A stretch of 64,000 nt of DNA, from the NCBI GenBank assembly GCA_002269645.1, contig NIVC01000436.1, positions 1-64,000 on the forward strand, read 5' to 3'. How positions within the stretch are numbered: the first letter of the stretch is position 1; every line of letters begins with the position of its first letter. Under the pieces are notes generated by a model. That model had not been told where the DNA came from. It worked only from the letters and a program-made list of their open reading frames with translations, and searched no databases. This document shows positions 1 to 10,710 of the stretch, piece by piece. The translations under genes and the position numbers were made by a program. Source of the stretch: Macrostomum lignano. Its lineage: Eukaryota.

Positions 1-712
1 CTGAGATGCTAAGGGGGAATTGCTGAGATGCTAAGGGGAATTGCTGCAGGGGGGATTTAAGGTGAATTGCTGAGATGCTAAGGGGTATCTCTGAGATCTA
101 AGGGGGTATCTCTGAGATGCTAAGGGGAATTGCTGAGATGCTAAGGGGAATGCTTGGATTTTAAGTGGAATTCTGAGATGCAAAGGGGAATTGCTGAGAT
201 GCTAAGGGGAATTGCTGAGATGCTAAATGGGAATTGCTGAGATGCTAAAGGGGAATTGCTGAGATGCTAAGGGGAATTGATGAGATGCTAAGTGGGGAAT
301 CTTGAGATGCTAAGGGGAATCACTGAGATGCTAAGGAGGAATTTTGAGATGCTAAGGGGGATTGCTGAGATGCTAAGGTGGAATTGATGAGATGCTAAGT
401 GGGGAATCTCTGAGATGCTAAGGGGAATCTCTGAGATGCTAAGTGGGAATATCCGAGATGCTAAAGGAATCTCTGAGATACAAAGGTGGAATTGCTGAGA
501 TTGCTGAGATACTAAGTGGGGAATCTCTGAGATGCTAACTAGGGGATCTCTGAGATACAAAGGGAATTGCTGAGATGCTAAGTGGGGAATCTCTGAGCTA
601 AGTGGGGAATCTCTGAGATGCTAACTGGGGAATCTCTGAGATACAAAGGTGGAATTGCTGAGATGCTAAGTGGGGAATCTCTGAGATACTAAGGGGGAAT
701 TTCTGAGATGCC
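1..712. repeat. Minisatellite, ~22-23 bp unit GGGAATTGCTGAGATGCTAAG(G), downstream of p38
   Basis: Visible tandem copies from the window start to ~712. The ORF at 288..560 is a by-product. Confidence 0.95.
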
Positions 713-839
713 AAGGCTCAAGAGGAAGTTTGCACGCTTGATATCAGGGATAACTAATTTTTTTTTCTGCTGAAAATCTTCTTTTCCAAGCTCTATTAGC
801 CATTTCTAATCGCGAAAAAGTCAACCCCCCCTACTCTCA

Positions 840-3800
840 TCAAGCCTCCTCATCGTCCGAGGCGTCAGCGCTTAACGACGACAGCTTAGGCGTGAAGCTG
901 CCCATGAACGCCTCAACCAAGCGCTTCCAATCGGCCACTCCGTAGTTCTGCCCCTCAAAGTCGCAGTTCAACGGTTCGCGCGCAGATTTCTCGGCTTGGC
1001 TGTTTCGCTGGCAAACTCGGCGAATATGGGAAGCTGGAGGGCCTCATCGGCTGTGGCTCGACGATCCGGGTCGAACTGAAGCAGGCGGCGCAGCAGCTCG
1101 ATCATGCCGTCGCTGGCCTCGGGAACAGGTCCTGCATTGGGGAGGGGTGGATTGTCGTTTATAGAAATCCAGTTATGGATCTGATTTTGCAATAAATTCC
1201 TATATAAGAATCTGATTCCTATAAATCCAATTCAAGAATCTTATTTCTTAGAAACTCCTTTATGAGAATCCGATTCCTAAAACTCCCATCTGAGAGTCAA
1301 GATCACATCCCATCTGAGGATCAAGCAAGATCCCAACCTACAATCCCATCTGAGGATCAAGCAAGATCCCAACCTACAATCCCATCTGAGGATCAAGATC
1401 CCAACCTACAATCCCATCTGAGAATCAAGATCCCAACCTACAATCCCATCTGAGGATCAAGATCCCAACCTACAATCCCATCTGAGGATCAAGATCCCAA
1501 CCTACAATTCCATCTGAGAATCAAGATCCCAACCTACAATCCCATCTGTAGATCAAGCAAGATCCCAACCTACAATCCCATCTGAGGATCAAGATCCCAA
1601 CCTACAATCCCATCTGAGGATCAAGATCCCAACCTACAATCCCATCTGAGATTCAAGATCCCAACCTACAATCCCATCTGAAGATCAAGCAAGATCTCAA
1701 CCTACAATCCCATCTGAGAATCAAGATCCCAACCTACAATCCCATCTGAGGATCAAGATCTCAACCTACAATCCCATCTGAGAATCAAGATCCCAACCTA
1801 CAATCCCATCTGAGGATCAAGATCCCAACCTACAATCCCATCTGAGATTCAAGATCCCAACCTACAATCCCATCTGAAGATCAAGCAAGATCCCAACCTA
1901 CAATCCCATCTGAGGATCAAGATCCCAACCTACAATCCCATCTGAGGATCAAGATCTCAACCTACAATCCCATCTGAGAATCAAGATCCCAACCTACAAT
2001 CCCATCTGAGATCAAGATCCCAACCTACAATCCCATCTGAGATCAAGATCCCAACCTACAATCCCATCTGAGGATCAAGATCCCAACCTACAATCCCATC
2101 TGAGGATCAAGATCCCAACCTACAATCCCATCTGAAATCAAGATCCCAACCTACAATCCCATCTGAGATCAAGATCCCAACCTACAATCCCATCTGAGAT
2201 CAAGATCCCAACCTACAATCCCATCTAAGGATCAAGATCCCAACCTACAATCCCATCTGGATCAAGATCCCAACCTACAATCCCATCTGAGATCAAGATC
2301 CCAACCTACAATCCCATTGAGGATCAAGATCCCAACCTACAATCCCATCTGAGATCAAGATCCCAACCTACAATCCCATCTGAGGATCAAGATCCCAACC
2401 TACAATCCCATCTGAGATCAAGCAAGATCCCAACCTACAATCCCGTCTGAGATTCAAGATCCCAACCTACAATCCCATCTGAGGATCAAGATCCCAACCT
2501 ACAATCCCATCTGAGGATCAAGATCCCAACCTACAATCCCATCTGAGGATCAAGATCCCAACCTACAATCCCATCTGAAGATCAAGCAAGATCCCAACCT
2601 ACAATCCCATCTGAGGATCAAGATCCCAACCTACAATCCCATCTGAGGATCAAGATCCCAACCTACAATCCCATCTGAGAATCAAGATCCCAACCTACAA
2701 TCCCATTGAGGATCAAGATCCCAACCTACAATCCCATCTGAGGATCAAGATCCCAACCTACAATCCCATCTGAGGATCAAGATCCCAACCTACAATCCCA
2801 TCTGAAATCAAGATCCCAACCTACAATCCCATCTGAGGATCAAGATCCCGACCTACAATCCCATCTGAGGATCAAGATCCCCTACAATCCCATTGAGGAT
2901 CAAAATCCCAAGTAATTTAATACCAGAGTATTCCAAAATCCTAGCTGCTTCAAACCTCAAAGGCAGCCACTTCGCCGACTTCCAAATCTCTGATAAACTG
3001 AGCAGCCGATGGGCTCTGGATTTTGGCCATCATCTCCTCGGACGGCTTGCCCAACCGGCGGCACATGAACAGGATTAGGCTGGGAGCGTCTTCGCCGGGG
3101 AACAGCGGCTTGCCGAGCAGCATCTCGCCGATGACGCAGCCAGCGGCCCACATGTCCACTGGAAGGCCGTAGTGCTCCCAGTTCAACAGCACCTCCGGGC
3201 TGCGGTACCACCTGGCGTGAGGATCGGGTTCATGGTTGCGTATGGGAATGCGTTGGGAATATTGAGGTTTTAGTGAGGGGTGTGGGATCCTGAAGGTTTC
3301 AGGGAGGGGAATGGGATCCTGAAGGTTTCAGGGAGGGGAATGGGATCCTGAAGATTTCAGGGAGGGGAATGGGATCCTGAAGGTTTCAGTGAGAGGTGTG
3401 GGATCCTGAAGGTTTCAGGGAGGGTTGTGGGATCCTGAAGGTTTCAGGGAGGGGAATGGGATCCTGAAGGTTTCAGGGAGGGTTGTGGGATCCTGAAGGT
3501 TTCAGGGAGGGTGTGGGATCCTGAAGATTTCAGGGAGGGTGTGGGATCCTGAAGGTTCAGGAGGGTGTGGGATCCTGAAGGTTTCAGGGAGGGTGGGATC
3601 CGAGGGTTTCATGGAAGGGTGTGGGATCCTGAAAGTTTCATGGGTGTGGGATCCGGAGGGTTTCATGGAAGGGTGTGGGATCCTGAGTTTCATGGAAGGG
3701 TGTGGGATCCTGAAAGTTTCATGGAAGGGTGTGGGATCCGGAGGGTTTCATGGAAGGGTGTGGGATCCTAAGGGTTTCACGGAAGGGTGTGGGATCCTAA

Positions 3801-4671
3801 GGGTTTCATGGAAGGGCCGAGGGTTTCAGTCAGAGAGAGTTGTGGGATCCTGAAGTTCTCAGGGAAGGCGTGCTAATAGAAATGAAGCTTGGGTCTAAGC
3901 CTAAGAAATTCGCTAATCCACAGTCACCCACTCACCTGGTAACTACGTAACCAGTTAATTGTTCTTCCAACTTTCTAGCCAATCCGAAGTCTAATATTTT
4001 GAAAATCGTTGTCCTCAGTGATGGCCAGATTAGGTGGCTTGATATCTCTGTGCAGAATCCCAACCGAGTGCAGGTATCGGATGGCCAGCAGCATCTGGTA
4101 GGCAAAAAATCTGACGTGTTCTTCGCTAAGTTTGTTATACTGTTTGAGTACACTTTTGAGATCGGCGTCCATCCACGGCGTGACTAGATAGACCTCTCTG
4201 AGATCGCCGTGGCCCAGCTGAGGCGAATAGACATCGATTAGGCAGATTATATTAGGATGATCCATATAGGCTAGCATGTACATTTCGCGATAAGTTCGCT
4301 TAGCATATTCGGGATCGTAGAACGGTTTGCTAAGCTTTTTAATTGCAACTCGACGCTGCAGGACAGTGTCCATGGCTTTAGCAACGGAGCTGAACGCGCC
4401 AGATCCGTGGTAGGTTAAGTCAGTATAACGCTTCGGCACTTCGAATACTGTTTGCATCAACTTGACCTATTGAATTAAGTTATGAAGGCTAAAGTAAGGT
4501 AAAGGTAAACGGCGGGAGTAACTATGCTCGTATTTGGATATAGCCATGCCTTGTTAGCTTTTAAGTGTAGAAATATGGAACTAAACTTACCCGATAATAT
4601 TCGCTAGGCGGATACTTTACAGGTCCTGGGGAGACTCCGCCAACCGCCGCTGCTGCTGCTGGCTCTGCCAT
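840..4671 (-). CDS. mapk14: p38-type MAP kinase, 4 coding exons, with 3 homopolymer frameshifts (likely assembly errors)
   Basis: Model complement(join(840..1131,2956..3211,3936..4466,4591..4671)), all GT-AG. Motifs: GSGAFSSV, VAIKKL, HRDIKPPN, DFGLAR, activation loop TGYVVTRWYRSPE (TGY = p38 class), DMWAAGC and C-terminal WK. Frame breaks at ~4000 (+1), ~1121 (-1) and ~1003 (-1); the corrected length is ~386 aa. The paralogue assignment is not resolvable. Confidence 0.93.
1275..2900. repeat. 32-bp minisatellite CAAGATCCCAACCTACAATCCCATCTGAGGAT filling p38 intron 3
   Basis: About 50 tandem copies inside intron 1132..2955. Confidence 0.97.
3235..3860. repeat. ~29-bp minisatellite GGGATCCTGAAGGTTTCAGGGAGGGGAAT filling p38 intron 2
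   Basis: Tandem copies inside intron 3212..3935. Confidence 0.95.
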
Positions 4672-5863
4672 GCTGCTGGGCGAAACTTGAAATCAGAAAC
4701 AAAGTTCCCTTTATTTAGTCGCTAACGCCAGTAGTGTACACTTGCAATCTTCTGTGCTGACTGCTAACAATGCTATAATAGTGTAGACGACTGGCTTTAA
4801 AAAACCATCAATCCGATCTCTTTCTTCTTTCTTTTATAATAGGAGCAGCAGTGCGCGCCGTAAAAAAGCCTCTGTCGCCAAAGCCAAAGCGGATGGCAGT
4901 TTATTGCCCCCCTCCTTTTAGGGTAGACTTTCAGCCCCAGCGCGCTCGCCAGTCAGTCCGCCAGACAGTCCGCCTGCCCCTCAAATCTCTCAAGACCCTT
5001 TAATTTTCCTTTCCCCGGCCTCTCGTACCCCTCGGGGACGGGGGAATGTACATTTCAAACCCTATGTACACTAGCGCGACTTTGTACAGCGGGCATCGAC
5101 CAGCAGTGAACGAAAACTGAAGTGGTCCAATACGAGAGAGGTAGAGAGAAGAGAGAGAGAGAGAGGAGAGAGAGTATGAGCTGAGAGAAACTCCCCGCCC
5201 CCTCATTGTACATTCCAGACCAAATCAATGTAATTTAATATAACATAAGATGCCGATTGCCCTCCTCATGACACTTAAGTCTTACACTTGCACGAGTCTA
5301 ATCTTAATCTAATAAGCGTACATAATAAACGCATCAATTTTTAACAGAATTACCTAAACTTGTTTCTGTTTTAAATCTATGCATTGCACTGGACACTCAT
5401 TTTCGCTTGGGTAGGAGGTTAAGGTATTAGATTAAAACACCCAAATTAGTTTATTGCTAGAGTGCAGTAATTAAGGAATATTATAATATATAGCTTAAAA
5501 CCAGCGCAAAATCTTCACGTGTATTTATAATGACCAGGTCAAAGTCACTCTGTTATGAATATTTGTTCTAATACAACAAAAAGCAATATACGAACTTCAA
5601 AAAAATTTACACGAGCTGGAGCGCATACGAGTGTTTCAAACTTTGTTTTATTACAAGATCGAAAATAAATAGATAATTTACATTACATTACATATAGTTA
5701 GACGGAAACATATTCAATAAAACTGCGATTGCAGCAACAGCACTGACCACATGTATTTGATATGTTAAAAATTGAGGAAGAACAAAGAACAATCGATCAA
5801 TTACGACTCCAGTTGCTGCATTTTGTTTAAACTGTTAGTCTGAGTTATTAGAAGGATACAAGT

Positions 5864-8800
5864 TCAAGTGTCCATGCTTGCAGTATAGATTGTTGGTATG
5901 TCCTTGATATAACTGAAAATGAATTTGAAATGAGAAAAGGTTGTTGGTTTCCGTAGACGTGGTTGGAAAAACTCAAGCAGGTTTTTTATGCTTTCGGATA
6001 ACTTTGGACAGACAGGTTGGAGTTTCTCGGACAGACATGTTGGAGGTCCTTGGACAGCGGAGGTTGGATGTTTTCGGACAGAGGTTTGAGGGTTCTCGGA
6101 CAGACAGGTTGAGAGTTCTCAGACAGAGACAGGTTGGAGGTCTCGGACAGACGAGTTTGAGTTTCTCTGAGAGACATGTTGGTGGTTCTCGGATAGACAG
6201 GTTGGAGGTTCTTGGACAGAGAGGTTGGATGTTTTCGGAAAAAGAGGTTTGGGAGTTCTTGGACAGAGAGGTTGAAGTTTCTCGGACAGAAACAGATTGG
6301 AAGTTCTCGGAAGGCAGGTTGAAGATTTCCAGGGACAGACAGGTGCTCTCGGACACAGCAATTCATTAGCTCACCGTTTTTGTCTGGCATCCTCTACCTC
6401 GTCAAAGTCCAGATCGGCCAGATCGGCGTCCACCTGGTCGAGCAGCTCGTCAGTGATGACGCCGAGTGCAGCGTCGGTGAATAGTCGCTGGTGCAGGGCC
6501 CTGACGGGCTGGCTCTCCAGAGTCAGTCGTCTAGCTCGAGCCACTTGGTTGAGCTGTTTCAACAGAATGTCCAGTTCTGTAGCTTCGACAAAATGATGCA
6601 GAGTTCCGCTGGTGATGAGCAAGGAGTCACCCTGAGCCAGCTTCTCGATCAGCTGTTGAAAGATCAGGGTCTCCAGCGGCTTCTCTTTGGCCGTACGCTT
6701 GATCTGCGGGAGGGATGGCGGGGTCAGGAGTAGATGAGGGGAAACGCTCTCAATCTAACAACATGGAAGGCTCTCAATCTAACAACATGGAAGGCTCTCA
6801 ATCTAACAATATGGAAGGCTCTCAATCTAACAACATGGAAGGCTCTCAATCTAACAATATGGAAGGCTCTCAATCTAACAACATGGAAGGCTCTCAATCT
6901 AACAATATGGAAGGCTCTCAATCTAACAACATGGAAGGCTCTCAAGCTAACAACATGGAAGGCATCTAACAACATGGAAGGCATCTAACAACATGGAAGG
7001 CTCTCAAGCTAACAACATGGAAGGCATCTAACAACATGGAAGGCATCTAACAACATGGAAGGCTCTCAAGCTAACAACATGGAAGGCTCTCAAGCTAACA
7101 ACATGGAAGGCTCTCAAGCTAACAACATGGAAGGCTCTCAAGCTAACAACATGGAAGGCTCTCAAGCTAACAACATGGAAGGCTCTCAATCTAACAATAT
7201 GGAAGGCTCTCAATCTAATAATATGGAAGGCTCTCAATCTAACACCATAGCTAACACCATAGAACACTCTCCATCTAACACCATATAGAACAGTCTCTAG
7301 CATCTCCAAATAGCCAAGTATCAATAAGTATAACAGCAGAACACCCACTCTAATACCAATCTCAGACCTCAGGCCTCACCTCTTTCAAGTCCCTTCGCCT
7401 CAATCTAGTGTCATATTCGGCCAGCAGATCCGCCGCCACCTCCGCCGCCATCGCGTCGGCTACGGGTTCAACCAGTTCGTCCAGTAGACTATCCAAGAAG
7501 TCCTCTCCGACCGCTTTCCTAGCAATACCCGGCCCGTATTCCATGACGAGCTCGTCAACCAGTTCGATGAATATGTCGTAGTGATAGCTGACCGCCACTT
7601 CCTGGAAAATGATTATTCATTCTGGTTAAATTCACTTTTTCCACTGTCCTGCATCAGTTTTTTTTAGCGTCACTCTCTCTCCTCTCTCACCCTTCTATCT
7701 CCTGATTTCTCTCTCCTCTCTCTCCTCTCTCACCCTTCTATCTCCTGAAATCCAAAATCCGAGTTTAAGCAGTGATTAAATAAAAAACCGTTGATTTATG
7801 CAGAACCGCAACTCACCTGCATAGCCATGTGTTTAATAGACTCGCTGCACAGTTCAACAATGAGCTCGTTCAGCGTCTCGTCAAGAATATGCGGCGCCAT
7901 TATATCAACAATGTCAATTTTATTAACGATGCCTTGAGAAATTTCCACAACAGCTTCGGATGCGACGTCTCGCATGATGTCGGGCAAGATCTCCCGGAAC
8001 AGCTGCTGCATTGCGTCCACTGAAGTGGCGTCTCGGGGCGACGCGCGGCGACCGCCAAGCAGCGACAGAGACGATTGAGACGAAAGAGTCGGGGAGGAGA
8101 CCCGGCGACGGGCCTGATAGATGTTCAGGAGGGGTGTTCAGGTGGGGTGTTCAGGAGGGGTGTTCAGGTGGGGTGTTCAGGAGGGGTGTTCAGGAGGGGT
8201 ATTCAGGAGGGTGTTCAGGAGGGGTGTTCAGGAGGGTGTTCAGGAGGGGTGTTCAGGAGGGGTGTTCAGGAGGGGGTGTTCAGGAGGGTGTTCAGGAGGG
8301 GTATTCAGGAGGAGGGTGTTCAGAAGGGGTGTTCAGGAGGGGTATTCAGGAGGAGTGTTCAGGAGGGGTGTTCAGGAGGGGTGTTCAGGTGGGGTGTTCA
8401 GGAGGGGTGTTCAGGTGGGGTGTCCAGGAGGGGTGTTCAGGAGGGGTATTCAGGAGGGTGTTCAGGAGGGGTGTTCAGGAGGGTGTTCAGGAGGGGTGTT
8501 CAGGAGGGGTATTCAGGAGGGTGTTCAGGAGGGGTGTTCAGGAGGGTGTTCAGGAGGGGTGTTCAGGAGGGGTGTTCAGGAGGGGTGTTCAGGAGGGGGT
8601 GTTCAGGAGGGTGTTCAGGAGGGGTATTCAGGAGGAGGGTGTTCAGAAGGGGTGTTCAGGAGGGGTATTCAGGAGGAGTGTTCAGGTGGGGTGTTCAGGA
8701 GGGGTGTTCAGGAGGGGTGTTCAGGAGGGGTGTTCAGGAGGGGTATTCAGGAGGAGTGTTCAGGTGGGGTGTTCAGGAGGGTGTTCAGGAGGGGTATTCA

Positions 8801-9287
8801 AGCGAGTGTTCAGGGGGGGGCTGTTCAGGAAGGGCGTTCAGGTGGGGCGTTCAGGATGGATGTTCAGGAGGGTGTTCAGGGGGGGGGTATTCAGGAGGGG
8901 TGTTCAGGTAGGATGTTTAAATTTAAACTAGAAAGTAGATGTTTATTCAAACTAGCAGCGCACCTGATCCCGATGCCTTGCAGCAGCCGCGGCGCGCAAA
9001 ATTTCGGCCACTTCCGGACTATCCTCATCGTTGAGGTCGTCGTTGAAGCCGTCGTCAACTGGGCCAGCCGCTGACGCCGCGCCTCGCTGCACCGGTGGCA
9101 GCGGTTGAAGGCCTCGGAAACCCACGCGACGACCGCGGAAGCCGCCAACGCCGGAATCGTTCGAGCGGGCCGAGTCCAAACCGTTTGTGGTGGCGGCGTC
9201 CCTGGCTCTCGGCTGGCGGAACTGCGGCGGCTCCTGCGTAGCAACAGAATGTCTGCCTGTCTGTCTGCCTGTCTGCCTGTCTGTCTA

Positions 9288-9386
<99 letters not shown>

Positions 9387-10373
9387 TCCCAACCCCCTTT
9401 GTCCGAAACTCACCCTCAAACTGCTCACGCTGTCGATCAGCACATCCGGTATCTCGTCCTCATCTAGGTGCTGATTGATAAATCCGTCAACAAAATCATA
9501 GGCGAATTGGCGATTCTCGCAGAAGTAGATGTAACTCTCCAGCGTCTGAAGTGATGCACAATGTCAGTTTTCTGCATTTTACAGGTAAAAATAGTAACAT
9601 AACAAATATACTCTAGCGCCTCTAAGCTCACGTCGTCTTCCAAATTATCTGATTTTTCGCGCGATCGTCCCGGCTTCAGCCTCATCGATGGTCGGGACGC
9701 CGACGTCGCCGCCGCTGCCGCTGCCGCCGCGCCCCCGGCCAACCTGCCAGACGGTCGCACAACTGACGCGTACTCGCTCAGTGGCACATCATCGTCGTCA
9801 TTTTCCGGCAGAGACGAAGCCGGAGATTTTGTTGATCGACGCCGATTTCCATTGCCGGTGATGTGTGGAAAACGACGCCTCAAATAGTTGCGATAGTTGC
9901 TGTGATCGATGGTGCGCGGCTCGTGTATGGTGGATAGGCGCTTGGCCTGTTGCTGCTGCTGCAACTGCTGCTGGCGCTGGCGGGCGTAGCTACCACCCGG
10001 GCTGCTGTTGGTTGCGATTGCGTGTTGGCCGGGCCGGGTGTGTGAGTTTGGTATTGTAAAATTAATTCCTAAAATTTTTTTATGACTCACCGTCCAAAAG
10101 CTGGAGTTGTTCTCTTTATCAACAAATTTCGCTTGCCATTTCTTACTGTCTGCTTCAATGAACGAAGGCTGCAATAAGATATTATTTTATTCGCATTGCA
10201 TGCTAGAAACCTCGATTCAAAAAATCAAATTAAACATTTGAATTTCATAATTATGACGTTTGAAGCAGGCGAAAACAAATTTACCTTTCTTTCTTTTTAT
10301 TCCAGAAGTCTTCAGTGTCACCCGTATCACCTGTCAAGACAGAAGAGCCGCTTTCTTCACTAAGAACAGACAT
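5864..10373 (-). CDS. Uncharacterised protein, 9 exons, ~612 aa, with a low-complexity N-half and an acidic helical C-half
   Basis: Model complement(join(5864..5912,6375..6703,7380..7601,7817..8113,8964..9233,9414..9545,9632..10004,10091..10168,10285..10373)). All junctions are GT-AG and phase-compatible, giving 1839 nt without internal stops. The terminal exons are less certain. I do not recognise the family. Confidence 0.75.
6000..6355. repeat. Degenerate ~23-bp minisatellite (GGACAGACAGGTTGGAGGTTCTC) in the predicted last intron
   Basis: Diverged tandem copies between 5913 and 6374. Confidence 0.85.
6740..7290. repeat. 24-bp minisatellite AACAACATGGAAGGCTCTCAATCT (intronic)
   Basis: Tandem copies inside intron 6704..7379. 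Confidence 0.97.
8120..8915. repeat. 13-bp minisatellite TGTTCAGGAGGGG (intronic)
   Basis: Fills intron 8114..8963 and abuts the acceptor. Confidence 0.97.
9250..9385. repeat. (GTCT)n microsatellite (intronic)
   Basis: Near-perfect tetranucleotide run inside intron 9234..9413. Confidence 0.98.
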
Positions 10374-10596
10374 AACGCAATGCTCACGTTACATGCTTCA
10401 ATGGGTAATGTAAAACAATGTTTGAGAAGCAATTCAAAATTGCGCTAAATAACTTTATAAAAAGTCAATCGTTAAAATGGACGAATGAAGTAATCGTAGA
10501 TAAAAGCCGCCGATACAGTTAGTTCAGTAAATAAATTAAGTAATTCCAAAGTTAAAAAACGGTTGATGTCATTTAGTTTAACAAACATCAAACTGT

Positions 10597-10609
10597 GTTG
10601 CTTAGCAAC
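10597..10609. promoter_or_regulatory. RFX X-box-like palindrome GTTGCTTAGCAAC in a head-to-head intergenic region
   Basis: Fits GTNRCN-N(0-3)-RGYAAC. It lies between the minus-strand start at 10373 and the candidate roadblock ATG at 10711. Confidence 0.6.
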
Positions 10610-10710
10610 GTGGGTAAAAAGACGCGTTTTAGTGTGCTTTCCTGCGATGATTGACTTCTGGAAGCATTTATTTATGATTTTTTTCTGTTTTCCATAATTC
10701 AAACCAAATA

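Noticed and set aside
8011-9074. Three overlapping ~300-aa plus-strand ORFs (GVQEG/CSGG/VFRR)
   Set aside because: They arise from a stop-free 13-bp repeat antisense to a real intron.
9464-10174. 236-aa ORF as a single exon
   Set aside because: It reads through two short introns (10005-10090 and 9546-9631) and uses wrong frames at both ends; the spliced model fits better.
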